Assembly: GCA_051294375.1 (NCBI GenBank)
Contig: CM119264.1
Coordinates: 16,403,245-16,467,244 of the forward strand
Length of the DNA: 64,000 nt
Reading direction: 5' to 3'
DNA from: Paraspadella gotoi
Lineage: Eukaryota; Animalia; Chaetognatha
Positions 25,641 to 39,555 of this stretch are shown here, in pieces (the first letter of the stretch is position 1; the number at the start of each line of letters is the position of its first letter). The notes under the pieces were generated by a model that saw nothing but the letters and a program-made list of their open reading frames with translations, searched no databases and was not told the origin of the DNA. The position numbers and the translations under genes were made by a program.

Positions 25641-26501
25641 TTTTTATTTAGATAACAAAATTTGATGACAAACCTGAAATTTGCAGATGACGATCACGAT
25701 TTATTGACAATGATGTGTCGAACGTCGGTGATAAACGAAACAAAATTTCCAAATGATGACGACGAGGAATTCTTTCGAACCTCAGTCGCTATTTCTCGAG
25801 CGAAACTAAAATGATAACGGAGACGGCGCCGACGCTACCGCTGTTGCCGGCGCCGACGCTACCGCTGTTGCCGACGCCGACGCCGACGATAAAGACGCGA
25901 ATGGTTTCCTCGATAAAACCGACGGCGACGACGAAAACAACGACGAGACGGACGACAGGCGGCGTCATCGCGGGATTCCACTCCAAAATTATACACAAAC
26001 AAAAGAACGACGAAGAGATTCGCCGCCAGGGGACTCGTCTCGTAAAGAGAGGCGATGTCTAGAGAAACGAAGACGACGATTTAAAGACGATGAGGACGAA
26101 GAGGACGAAAATATGCTAAGTCACCCAATAATTATGCAGATAACAATAGCCTTAACGTGAAATCAATTCAGTTGATCAGAAATCAAAAGTATTGTCGAAA
26201 TATTTTGCATTTCAAATCAGTGTCTCGTGACAGTCGCACTGAGTTTTATTTTCTAACATCTGATGTCCAGTTTCAGTTAGTGATTATTGCCGCATCCTGC
26301 AAATGGAGATTGGCGAAATGATGAAGACAACAGCAGAAGCGCCTCAACCACCCTTTCATAATTGAAATCTGTCTGGGATTTTATGGGTTTAATTTTGTCA
26401 AATTGGAAAAGAGCTGACCCGGCGCGGCGATAAATCCGAACCGCTTCAGAATGGGTTCTCCATTTATTTCGTGGCAATGCCGAGTGAGACCCGTCGCACC
26501 C

Positions 26502-26538
<37 letters not shown>

Positions 26539-27253
26539 NNNNNNNNNNNNNNNNNNNNNNNNNNNNNNNNNNNNNNNNNNNNNNNNNNNNNNNNNNNNNN
26601 NNNNNNNNNNNNNNNNNNNNNNNNNNNNNNNNNNNNNNNNNNNNNNNNNNNNNNNNNNNNNNNNNNNNNNNNNNNNNNNNNNNNNNNNNNNNNNNNNNNN
26701 NNNNNNNNNNNNNNNNNNNNNNNNNNNATAATTTTGTAGTAGTTGAATCATGAATATTTTATTCATTTATATCATACTATTGGTATTAAAACTTATTTTG
26801 AAATTTCAAATATCGCTACTTTATAAAAATAAAATATATTTCCAGGTTCAAATCGTATAACGTTTTGTAAATCTGTTGCTTCTTTTTCTCTTTCACACCA
26901 AACTTAAATGCCCTGGGATTTACCGCGAGTAAGTGTAGCTAAAAATACGAAAAAAGTTTGTAACTGAATGTTTTTCGCTTGAAAACGCGTCGACGAAAAA
27001 ANNNNNNNNNNNNNNNNNNNNNNNNNNNNNNNNNNNNNNNNNNNNNNNNNNNNNNNNNNNNNNNNNNNNNNNNNNNNNNNNNNNNNNNNNNNNNNNNNNN
27101 NNNNNNNNNNNNNNNNNNNNNNNNNNNNNNNNNNNNNNNNNNNNNNNNNNNNNNNNNNNNNNNNNNNNNNNNNNNNNNNNNNNNNNNNNNNNNNNNNNNN
27201 NNNNNNNNNNNNNNNNNNNNNNNNNNNNNNNNNNNNNNNNNNNNNNNNNNNNN

Positions 27254-27285
<32 letters not shown>

Positions 27286-28389
27286 ACTTTTTTACTTACT
27301 TCTTTTCGGGTCGTGTTTTTTACTCGAAGATCATTCCTAACGATTGAGAGGAAATGGGGCGCCTCGAAGAAAGAAATAGAGTAAGAGGGTAGTACAAGTA
27401 GAACGAGAAAGAGAAAAAGAGAGAGAAAGAGACAGAGAGAGCAAAAAATAGAGGGAGTACTGCGATTCAAAACTGGGCCAAAGGTCGAAATTGCCGACAA
27501 ATTTGAAACATGGNNNNNNNNNNNNNNNNNNNNNNNNNACATGGGTTTTTTTTCGGCGAAAAATAGTAGACGATTCTTTTTTTTGGGGGGGGGAAGGTTA
27601 AAGAGTTAAGACTCACTGAGAGACGGCATCCGGCGCAACTAGCGCCGCCACGAGAGCGAAGGAGAAAAACGAAGAGGCGGAGTGAGTGGGTGAGCGGAGC
27701 AAAAGAAGGGGGGGGGTTACAATGAAGGAGATGGAGAGAGAGAGAGAGCTATAATATAGAGATACGTAGAATCAGAAATAAAAGTTTACACTAGGACTAG
27801 TAAGAAGCAAGAAATGAGACAGTCTCTTAAGTGACAAAGAGTAAAATGGGCAGAAGGGTGGTCCTGTTTCGCCTCGGCTAAGAGAATCTTACAATAATGG
27901 TAAGTGAAGATAAGAGAATAAAGAAATCGAAATGTGAGAGAGAGGAGAGATGGGAGAGTAATGGGAAAGAAATCGTGTTTTCGATTTTAAAATTCTCGGT
28001 GTGTGAAACTCTCGAGTCGCGAGGAAATAAACTTGTTCGTCAAAATCTCTCCATAGTTTCAGGCGCGCCTTGTATTTTAGACGAGGACACCAATTTTAAT
28101 CTAGCTACGAAAATCCGACATTGGACCGTTAAGCCTCCACCTAATTTTTCAAGAAACGGAAACAACTAAACAAGTATCTTGTAAAAATCGAAGGGAAAAA
28201 CGAGATAATAACATAACTAAACTAAACTAAACTAAAGTAAAGAATAGCTTACTGTCGACAAGTTTATAATCGGAACTATCAACATTTCAATGTCAGTATA
28301 TATAAAAATCTCATTAGGAACAAATATTTACTAGATCAAGTCGCCCACGAACTACGTTGAGAGGTTATACCATTCGCTTCTTATTTCCT

Positions 28390-28830
28390 CGCCAACTTCC
28401 GGTCCGCCTAGGCAACGCGGCGTGAAAACATTGAGAAAGAGGAACGATGGAAAATACGAAAAATTACCAGAAAACGAAAAAGTAGATACATTATGGACGG
28501 GATTTCGGCGGCCAGTCTTTAATCCCGTCGAAGGGTTTTTAGAAATATAAGAATGAAGGCGGAACTTGGGTTTAACGACTTACCTCGTTGAAAGTATTAA
28601 ACGTATTTTACCAGTCTTCGCTTTAAAAAAAGAAATGGAGTATAGAGAATATAAAGAGACCAGAAGTTGATGGAATCCCCTGGAAATCCTCTAGGAAGGC
28701 GGGCGCACGCGGCACGCGGGATGAAGCGCGTGTCTAACCCCAGCGACGCGAAAATTCGGTCGGGATTCGGCGTCGCACTAAAATGCATTGGATCCCTGCG
28801 AGATCTCGCCATTTTTTCGCGCGCGTTAAT
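28390..28830 (-). promoter_or_regulatory. Possible housekeeping-type promoter / first exon
   Basis: ETS-like ACTTCCGGT and RFX-half-site-like CCTAGGCAAC (~28394-28415), YY1/Kozak-like AAAATGGCG and E2F-like TTTTCGCGC (~28807-28823), and a minus-strand AG|GTAAGT donor at 28583. Motif-level evidence only. Confidence 0.25.
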
Positions 28831-29377
28831 TCGGCCAGACGGAGGCGGACGTTTTGGGGGGAGGGGAAGAGGGGAAGAGGGAAGAGGGGAAAGGGGGAAG
28901 AGGGGAAGGGGAGGGGAGGAATAACGGTAAGGTTAAAGGAATTTATTTTCCATTTGTCCAACGAAAATTTTCATTTTTAAAGACGGAATTCTACATCGAA
29001 ATCGGAAGAAAAAAGGAGACGAGAAACGAGAATCCGAAAAAAGAGGAGAAAAAAAAAAAAGCCACCAAAAAAAAAAAAAAAAATTAACAAAAAACAAACA
29101 AAACCATTAGATTTTTTTTTGTTAAAAAGCCTGAGACATTTTATATCGTTTTAGCAATATGCCTCTCTCGAGCGGTTTTAGGAATCGCGATAAGCGTAAT
29201 AAAACATTCAGAAATTCGGACGATAGTAAAAGGAGAAAGGAAAATCCCTCGGGCTAACAAATACGTGCAATAATCTCAGGTTAAGAAAAAAAACAACATA
29301 TATATACAAAAGGGCTGGGCTGAGAGAGAAAGTGATGAGAAGGTGGGGGGAAGAAAGAAAAATGAGAGAGAGAGAGA

Positions 29378-29408
<31 letters not shown>

Positions 29409-31093
29409 GAGGAGAGAGGAGAAGAGAGAGATACAAAGGGAAGTTGAGAAGGCGGGATAAGAATGGCGCACCCGCCATTTCTAAGCCTCAACGCGCGGGA
29501 TATCTGGGAATGCGTAACATAAATTTCACCAAAATCCGCTTTTCACTCCGCGGGGGGAAGTGGGGAGTGGGCAGAAGGAAGTTGGGAGTGGGGATTGGGC
29601 GGAGAAGGGAGTTAGAAGTGGGGATTGGGCGAAGAGGGCAGTTGGAAGTGATGGATTTGAAGATTGAGAAGGGTTATAAATACTATTCGATTATACATAT
29701 TACACATATAATAAAGTTAAAATCATTTGATGTTAGATCATTTTAGATTTTTCTTTCTTATTCGGGCGAGACTAATGAAATTAGATACGAATACGGCCTT
29801 AAAATATGAAATTTTTGAAAATGGATGAACTATTTTGGGCGACTGTAAGTTCATCGGTTTTCCTTCAACCCGAGCCGTTAGAAAACGAGCAGTGACCTTA
29901 GGCTCCCAGTGGAACGATGTATGACGATTCGCGTTGCTCTGGTCACGTGACGTCGAGATCGACGAGATCTTTTTGGGAAAGAGAACGAAGAAACTTGAAA
30001 TCAGCAAAAAAGAAAGAAAAAAAAAGAATCTAGACTATAGAAGATGATCGACTCTCCTCTCCCCTTCCGCCACCCCCTTTCCCGCCACAAACCGTCTAAA
30101 GCAACATTCCGCGCGCCCCGTGGAGGGCTCGCGAAAGAAGAGGCAAAAATTATTCAGCAGAAAAACTCATTTTTTATCTGGATGTTTTTTTTCTGTCAAA
30201 ACGATTCCATTCGTCATCATCGATGTTTAAGTTCGTCTTATCTCGAACCAAAAGCAAGAGTGATATGTCCTTGCCGCTCGGAGAAATGTAGCCTTCCTTC
30301 TCTTGCTTTTTTCTTTTTTATCTTTTATTCGTGATTTATTATTAACCTTATTTCTGAAGCCAAGTCACGCGCGTTGATTCATTCGAATTTTAAACAGTCA
30401 GGACAGTACAAGCTGTCGAGCTAATAACCAAACGTAATTATGCAGAAAAAAGTCATGAGCATACCTTAAAACGTAGCAAAAATATTAAAATAAGTAGAAA
30501 CCAAAATTCGAAGAGTAGATGTTGAACAGGCTTGTACCTGTGAATATTTTTAATAAAAAAAAAAAAATTTTAGGATAGCCCTGTTTATACAACGTACTCA
30601 AATAACAAAATTGAGAAAATAAAAAAAAAATTATATTCATGTTCTTAGTACAAGACTGTTTATAACTAATTTTGATCTGCAACTTTCACTACGCCTCTAC
30701 GTGCCAAGCTGGTTATAACTCAAGCATCTGAATGTTACTGAAAGTTTTTTAATACATTCGTACTGAGGATTTTTTTTATACATTCGCACAAGAAAATCCA
30801 AATCTTCCTAGTGAACGCGACGAGGTCATAAACAACCATCTGTTCCTTGCATTCAATCCTCAAACCCCAGAATCTGCTTTTTGCGAATAAGTGATAATGG
30901 ATGTCACGTTGACGTGGCGCCCTCTGCCTCTGCCGATCACTTACCCTCAGCGGAAACGGAAAAAAACCTACTTTCAACCTGAAAATTGTTATATCGCAAA
31001 TTAATGACAGTTCTGATTGTGTCGAAATCTAGATTCGATTAGCTAGACAAAGCCAAGAGAGCGTTATAGCGAGGAGAGAGAGAGAGAGAGAGA

Positions 31094-31150
<57 letters not shown>

Positions 31151-32191
31151 AGATAAGAGGGTCTTTTCTGAAGGGATTTGAACCCGGATTCCACATTCGA
31201 TTTCCATCGGAGAAAACCACTTTTATTTCCTCCCGTCGATCCGAGCGCCGATTTAACATTCAGGGCGTCAAACTTTGGTTCTGTCCTTTTCGTTCGCTTT
31301 CCTTCCCTTTTTTGCAACGACCTTTTCGTTTCGCTTTTAACTTTGTCTGCTCTTTTCTTCTATACATTAGTTGTATCATTTATAAACTTTCTTATTTCTT
31401 TATCTTATATCATTGTCTCATTTCCTATCTTGTAATTTCCTTCAATCCACTGATACGTAAAATATTCGCCAATAAGAAAATTTTTAATACATTTAAAAGA
31501 AAAATCAATGCGTTTTTAAAAAGTTCAAAACTTTGTTAAAAACGATTTAAAACATTCTCAAAAATTATATCCAAACCAGAACACAACTCACATCGCTAAT
31601 AAAAAATTTCTTCATGGAGCAAAAAACCTTGTTCAAAGCAGCTCTGATTTTTTAAACATTAAAAAGTTGAATGCTGATAACAACTTTGGTTTCAACTCGC
31701 AAACCTTTCAGTTTATAAATTACCACAAGAAAAAAATCAGATTTACAGGTTGGAACCTCAGGAAAAGCTAAAGAATATCCCTCTTCTTAAGCTGATGCTT
31801 CCTGTAAAATTTGGGTAAAAGCTTTTATGCAGCCAATTATGTAATGCACTATTTAGCTTAAACTACCAATTTTTCAATTTTCGTTGCCATAAGCCACTCC
31901 TGTTTCTTCATTTTTTCAAGGGAGGAAAAGCTATTCTATAGGCAATGAATAGTTTTGAACTGAATACCCATTGAATACCCCTCTTCGTCTGCAATAATCC
32001 ATATGGCACAGAAAAGCAGTCTTGAAATTGCTAAGTTAGCCAGCTAAGAATTGTTTGAAAAAAAGGCTGAGTATCATTCTCTCAGGCAACAAAAGGTTTA
32101 TGGACTTAGTACTATCTAGGAAAAAAGTATATCCATAATTGTTGAAAATTTTTATTCATAAAAAATATATTAAAAACATGGGTAAAACATA

Positions 32192-32380
32192 TCAATATTT
32201 GGTATGCCCTCCCTCAGCACCGATTACTGCATGCTTTCGTACAAGCGAATTGAGGTATAACAGTGAAATGTTTTTCAACATCTTTTCAGCCTCAATGTTG
32301 TGCGTCTTTCCCTCTTTTCTGAGAGCTATAATAGCCCTTTTTTGAACCAAAAAGATGTGAAATGCCTTTAGTATTGCCAA
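32192..32380 (-). mobile_element. Internally deleted Tc1/mariner transposase remnant
   Basis: The ORF joins an N-terminal-like KRAIIALRKEGKT to the typical Tc1 C-terminus SLVRKHAVIGAEGGHTKY* (cf. SMPRRxxAVIxAKGGHTKY). TIRs not identified. Confidence 0.65.
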
Positions 32381-34985
32381 TTTAAAAATAAATAACTTAC
32401 TCTATTTGAAATAAAATCAATACATTATATACAAAAAATTGTGGAAACTAAATATAAATTTTTTTGCCATTTTCATTTGATAGTAGCTATGTTTTTTTGC
32501 CTGTAACTCAACTAAACTGGATTAAAGATTAACGGCCAATTACCCAACCTTGGACATGAAGCTGTCTTCGGCCAGTATTGTCGCGTGCCCTTTCCAAAAA
32601 CGTCTAGAAGAAGAATGGCTCCAACGCCACTTCCCTTCTTCACAGGTCTTCACCGGATCTTCCGCGACCCACGGGGCGTCGGGTCTGGCCTTGGAAGAAC
32701 CTCGCCTGGTGAAATCTTATTTTTCGCGGTCTTGCCCTGCCAATTTGTCCATTCGTCCGTTCGTCCATGAGTCCATTCCACTCTTTTATCCTTCTTTTGT
32801 CCGTCCACGCGAGATTTCCTTTCCATTTTCTTTGCTTTGGCCGTCGGTATTTTCATCCCCCTCTCATAATCGCGCTTCTTTGTTGTGATTCTGACTCTAT
32901 TCCATCTTCATTGTTAAGAAAACACTCGTTCCCTCAGGTACGCTTCCTCCTTTAAGTACTTTATCTTTATAACTTTTTTAAAATTTTTTGTAGCCTCCCA
33001 GTTTTATTAAAAAAGTTCCTTTTTTATTTCATTTAAAAGAGCAATCGCTAAATCCTATCTTGAAAAAAAATCCATTCATCCAATATGATTATCATATTTT
33101 TAATAGCAAACGCGTCTCTCGATCGATTCCATTCTTGGATTGATTTCGTCGTCGTTGTCGTCGTCGTCGTCGTCACTTTCTTTTTCGCTCCTCGGCTCCC
33201 TTTTTCATTTTTCCAAAGTCTCCAATAGATTCGTCCTGACATCGGCGCCTCTCGCGGCCAGCAACGATGGACGTGGCCATTCTCCAATTCCCTTTTTTCC
33301 ACGCCTTCTAGTTTTTTCTTCCTTTTTGAGTCACGGTTACTGCGTATGTATTATATTTCACTTTTAGTTCTGTCTGTCTCCTCTTTACGCGGATAGTACG
33401 TGAAAATGTAAAATAAGTAAAAGTAAATTTAATTTATAAGTAAACAAGTGTTACTGTCTAATCAGGTATTTTTAGAGATGCAATGAGATAAGAAAAAGGA
33501 TTTTTGTTCTGCGCATCTCCAAAGTCCAAAATAAGGAGAATTAAAGATGAGGAAAAGGAAAAGAGGAGGAAGAGGAGGGAAAAATAGAAAAAGTAGGATG
33601 GGGAAAACCTAAGATCATTTGTTTGACATGAAATCTAATCTGAAAATACTTATAATATTATATGTAATAATAACGAAAGAAAAAAGCGGGTAATCAAGAA
33701 AGTTATGAACATTTAAAAAAAGTGAGACCTGACTGTGATTTCAGTCACAGACTGGATCTGTTTTCATTCCCTTTCTCTTCCAGTTTCCCGCCCTTTTTTT
33801 TCCTTCTCTCGAGTTCTTCACCATTTATGACTTCTCGTGCTTTTTCAGAGGACGACGTCCGTCGATCAAATCGCCAAAGAGAAATAAAAAAGTCGAGTCA
33901 CAATTTTTTTTTTATCACATCACTTTTATTCGAAACTTTGACCCTTGAGGGGAAAAAATCAAGAAAAAAAAAAGAAGCTTGCACGACGTCACCAGAGCAC
34001 AAAATTGAGGCCAATTGAATGTTATAATCGAGAAAAAGTACATGTCAAAATCAAAATCAACAAAGCAACAAGTTGACTACAAAGATCGGATTTGTAGCAT
34101 CTCACTGTTGAGTATCCCACTGTTAGTATCTCACTGTTTAAAGAAAAAAAGGTTACTACGAAAATCCATCGTGGAGCCAAAAAAGAGGAAGGCGCTTATG
34201 AATTTCAGCCAACGCCATCTGGGATCCGAAAAAAGCGGGGAAAACCGGGGTAAAAGCAATAACAATAACCACGCACTGCCGTACCACGACGACGACGACG
34301 ACGACGACGACGCCCCCTCCGCTCCGATCCCTGGTCGAGAGAAAGTCCGAATAAGGAGACGAGAATATTCTCTCTGCATCTATTATCTCGAGAGCGTTTT
34401 TTTTTGTAACAATTCTGCTAATGTGATTACAATTTTTGTTTTTTTTACTCATTAAGGATTTCGGAACAATTTGAAGGCATAAAACTTAAAATACAAAACA
34501 ATCATACTTACAAAAAAATTATATGAAGAACAAAAGCCCAAAACCAGGATTTGCTTCAGGAAATCGTCCCAGAGGCGGAGAAAAGGATCCGCGGAATAAA
34601 AGGGCAATAAACGACAAAAGGGAAACAAATGTAAGAGAATAAACGGAAAGGGTTTGGAAGGAGAATGATGATAAGGAAAGCGGAAAAAATAGAATATTAA
34701 TGCCGTCGCGAAAGATAAAGAATTGGAGGAGGAAGAGAGAAATTTCCTCGAGATGAAATCGTAAAAAGAAATGATCGGCTTTGAGAAAGAAAGCAAATTG
34801 AGACGAAAGAAAGAAGAAAGAAGCAAATTTGTTCGAGGAGGAAGAAGCGAAAGGAAAATTGAAAGAGCGGTGGAATGAGTTTGACCGTTGACGTTCGGTA
34901 TTGATTGAATGCTTTAAAAAGAAGCGACGATAATAATGAACTTAAACGATTCTAAGGAGAAGAAATTTTGAGAATAATTGACTCT

Positions 34986-35021
<36 letters not shown>

Positions 35022-35030
35022 CTCCTCTTC

Positions 35031-35065
<35 letters not shown>

Positions 35066-35073
35066 TCTCTCTT

Positions 35074-35139
<66 letters not shown>

Positions 35140-36914
35140 CTCTCTTCTCTCTCTCTCTCTCTCTCTCGTTAAAATAAGATTCTGTCAGGTATTGGAGAGA
35201 TAAGAATCTAGGAGAGAAATTTTTCGAAATATGACTCCGACCAAAAATCTCTTTCTTGAAGTTTCTTCGATCAATCTTTTTTCGTTTTTTCACTTCTCTC
35301 TCTCTCTCTCTCTTCTAAAATAAGATTCTGTCAGGTTTTCGCAACTGTTAGTCGAGAGTAGCGATTACGTTCAATTCAATTCACATATTTTCGAAAATAA
35401 AATATGTAGATTTATTTGCTCTTTAGTTTTCTTCTGCGCCGATGGAAAATTGTAAAGGAAAATATTTTATTTTATTTATAACTAGTGGTGAGTGCCTGTA
35501 CAGGAACAATGTGTAATAATTTATATCCGATAAAATATCGAAACGAAAGCTGCAGCCAACAGAGCCAGTTCGCCACTTGAGATCAAATGTTGCACTTTTC
35601 TTTTTCCCCCCTCACTCTTTCTTGTCTCACCCTTTTTTCTTCACTTTCACCTTTTTCTACTTTTTTCTTTTCAACTTCCGGTTTTTCTCCATCGCCGTTT
35701 TCATTTCCTTGTTTTGTTTGGTTCCCACTATGTTTAGTCTTTGGGGTCTCCTTACCGCTTCAATCGTCGCCTCTAATCCAATGACGACGACGACGCTCAG
35801 GAAGCGAAGCACGAGACGAAAGAAGAGAAGGAGACGACGTCCAACGAACGACGACAGGAGACGTATTAAACATACGACGAAAGAGAAACAGGAACGACGA
35901 TGAAGCCAAAGACTAACGCAGGATAGACGACGCAGATGACGGCGAAGAATAACCAACAACGACGACGAAATGGACGATAAAAACGCTGAAAATGACGATG
36001 ACGACGACAATAAAGACTAACGCAGCGACGACAAAGACGACGATAAAGACTAACACAGCGACGACGATGTTTGGGAATGAATAGACAAAGACAAAGTCGA
36101 TTATCATGATATCAACGAAGTAGGCGGAAGTTTAAGGATTTTAAGAATTAATTTTAATCCTAATTCCTTTGTTTCTGACTCTTTTGCGCTGAAAACAGAC
36201 CCGACTTTCGCTCCACAGAGGACAACCGACCTTCCAAAACAACTTCCTTCAAAACGCATATTTTAAGGAGAGATCTCTCTTCATTTTCCTTCGAAGTTCA
36301 TTTGTTTACTTTTCTGAAAACTTTTTCTCTCTTCATCTTTTCTTCTTCTAAAAATTTCCCTCTCCCTTTGTTTTTTAACTAGAAGCTCAATTTTTCTTTT
36401 AGTCTTTTTAAAATTTTAACTATTGGTTTCCGCTTTTTAAAAAAAGTTGTTATCGCGAGCGCCTTCCCTCTATCCTTACGTCCCCTTTTCAATTTTTTTT
36501 GCCCTCGACTCGTATTTTTTTTTCACTTTTTTCAATGTTGTCTTTCTTTCTCTTTCTTTTAAAAATCATCCACTTTCTCTGACTTGAATTTTTTTAACTT
36601 TTCTTTTCGCCTTTCTGCTTTCTCTCTTTTTTTTCTTCACATTTCTCTTTTTTTTTCTCTTCACCTTTCCTTTTTTTGAATCCCTCGCTGGTTTCCCTCC
36701 CGGGACTAATTTTTCACCTGCTACTCTCTAACTATCGTCGTCATCATCACCATCATCGTCATCCTCATCATCATCTGGAATGCAGGGTCCTCTTCCTTCT
36801 CTTTCCTTTTTCTCGCCATCCTCTTCTTCCGTTTGGCTTCAGCCATTTATACCCCGTTCGTCCTCATTCCTCCCCCCTATTGGCCCGAGCTTTGCATTTG
36901 CTTATTTCTCACCT

Positions 36915-36966
<52 letters not shown>

Positions 36967-37185
36967 TCCTCTCTCTCTCTCTCCTCTCTCGTCTCTCTCT
37001 CTTCTCTCTCTCTCTCGCTCTCTCCGCTTTCTCCTTCTTGTCCTCATACTTTCCATTTATTTTTCTTCCATAACCTATAATGCTGGAAGCCGCGCGCGCT
37101 GAATAAACAAAGACCCGCTGATGAAATTTTGTGTTACTAGTAGTGAGAAAAACCGGGCGATTCTTCGAGGCAAGACGGGAATGAT

Positions 37186-37223
<38 letters not shown>

Positions 37224-37264
37224 GAGAGAGAGGAGAGAGAGAGAGATGGATCGAAGAGAAGAGA

Positions 37265-37301
<37 letters not shown>

Positions 37302-37623
37302 AAGAGAGAGAGAGATTCCTGTCATTGATTTTTTTTCTTCTCATTCCTCTTAAAAAAGAAAAAAATCTCTTATTTATTTTTATTGTCTTTCGAATTTTCT
37401 TTTTTCTTTTCATTTTTTCTTCTCGCTCCACTTAGTCTTGAATAATGTTGTTCTCTCCACATTTTTTTTTCAATTTGTGTGGGAAAAAGTTTTCAAAATT
37501 TTCGTTTTCGAATTTTCTCGTTTTCTTTTTGTCAAAACCGAAGCGTTGTCTCCGAAGTTTTATCGAAAATCGGAGTGTGACGCGATTCATAGCTGACACG
37601 TGGCCTCTCTCTCTCTCCTTCTC

Positions 37624-37655
<32 letters not shown>

Positions 37656-37768
37656 CTCTCCTTTTCGTCACTTTTTACGCGGCTCGTCACATCTCCTCTT
37701 CCCTCTTCAACCTTCACACTTTCACAGCGAGCAACTCAACATTTCCTTTTTCCGTGGTATCTCTTCTC

Positions 37769-39521
37769 GGTTAAAGAGTTAAGACTCACTGAGAGACGGC
37801 TCGGGCGCAACTAGCGCCGCCACGAGAGCGAAGGAGAAAAACGAAAGGAGGCGGGAGTGAGTGGGTGAAGCGGAGCAAAAGAAGGGTTACAATGAAGGAG
37901 ATGGAGAGAGAGAGAGAAGCTAATAATATAGAGATACGTAGAATGAAGAAATAAGTCTTACACTAAGACTAGTAAGAAGCAAGAAATTGAGACAGTCTCT
38001 TAAGTGACCAAAAGAGTAAAATGGGCAGAAAGGTTGGGTCCTGTTTCGCCTCGGCTAAGAAAGAACTCTTACAATAATGGTAAGTGAAGATAAGAGAATA
38101 ATAGAAATCGAAAATGGTGAGAGAGAGGAGAGATGGGAGAGTAACTGGGAAAGAAAATCGTGTTTTCGATTTTAAATTCTCGGTGTGTGAAACTCTCGAG
38201 TCGTCGAGAAATAACTTGTTCGTCAAAATCTCTCCATTGTTTAAGGGCGCGCCCTTGTCATTTTAGACGAGGAACCAATTTTAATTCAGCTACGAAAATC
38301 GACATTGGACCCTTTAAGCCTCCACCTAAATTTTTTAAGAAACGGAAACAACTAAAAAGTTATCTTGTAAAAATCGAAGGGAAAAAACGAAGATAATAAC
38401 ATAACTAAACTAAACTAAACTAAAGTAAAGAATAGCTTACTGTCGACAAGTTTATAATTCGGAACTAATCAACATTTCAAATGTCATGTATATATAAAAA
38501 TCTCATTAGGAAACAATATTAACTAATCAATCGCCCACGAAACTCGTTGAGNNNNNNNNNNNNNNNNNNNNNNNNNNNNNNNNNNNNNNNNNNNNNNNNN
38601 NNNNNNNNNNNNNNNNNNNNNNNNNNNNNNNNNNNNNNNNNNNNNNNNNNNNNNNNNNNNNNNNNNNNNNNNNNNNNNNNNNNNNNNNNNNNNNNNNNNN
38701 NNNNNNNNNNNNNNNNNNNNNNNNNNNNNNNNNNNNNNNNNNNNNNNNNNNNNNNNNNNNNNNNNCAACTTCCGGTCGCCTAGCAACGCGGCGTGAAAAC
38801 ATTGAGAAAGAGGGAAAGATGGAAAATACGAAAAATTCCAAAAAACCGAAAAAAGTAGATTACATTATGGACGGGATTTCGGCGGCCAGTCTTTAATCCG
38901 TCGAAGGGGTTTTTAAAATATAAGAATGAAGGCGGGAACTTGGGTTTGAACGAATTACCCTCGTTGAAAGTATTAAACGTTATTTTACCAGTCTTCGCTT
39001 TAAAAAAAGAAATGAGTATAGAGNNNNNNNNNNNNNNNNNNNNNNNNNNNNNNNNNNNNNNNNNNNNNNNNNNNNNNNNNNNNNNNNNNNNNNNNNNNNN
39101 NNNNNNNNNNNNNNNNNNNNNNNNNNNNNNNNNNNNNNNNNNNNNNNNNNNNNNNNNNNNNNNNNNNNNNNNNNNNNNNNNNNNNNNNNNNNNNNNNNNN
39201 NNNNNNNNNNNNNNNNNNNNNNNNTAGATTTTTTTTTGTTAAAAAGCCTGAGACATTTTTATATGTTTTAGCAATATGCCTCTCCTCGAGCGGTTTTTAG
39301 GAATCGCGATGAAGCCGTAATAAAACATTCAGAAATTCGGAAACGATAGTAAAAGGAGAAAGGAAAATCCCCTCGGGCTTAACAAATACGTTGGCAATAA
39401 TCTCAGGTTAAGAAAAAAAAAAAACCGAAACATATATATACAAGGGCTGGCTGAGAGAGAAAGTGATGAGAAGGTGGGGGAAAGAAAGAAAAATGAGAGA
39501 GAGAGAGAGAGAGGAAGAGAG

Positions 39522-39555
<34 letters not shown>

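Larger units (their letters stand above)
27596..37750 (+). repeat. ~10 kb tandem duplication, copy 1
   Basis: Starts ggttaaagagttaagactcactgag and ends gcaactcaacatttcc; colinear with 37769-47670; begins ~55 bp after a 25-N gap. Confidence 0.92.

Noticed and set aside
25600-26110. Asp/Thr-rich reading frames, also at ~35780-36110, 45700-46030 and 58450-58790
   Set aside because: Derived from (GAC)n repeats that are common in this genome; frames are interrupted and there is no convincing splice structure.
18978-27542. ORFs containing long X runs
   Set aside because: Artefacts of reading through N-gaps.
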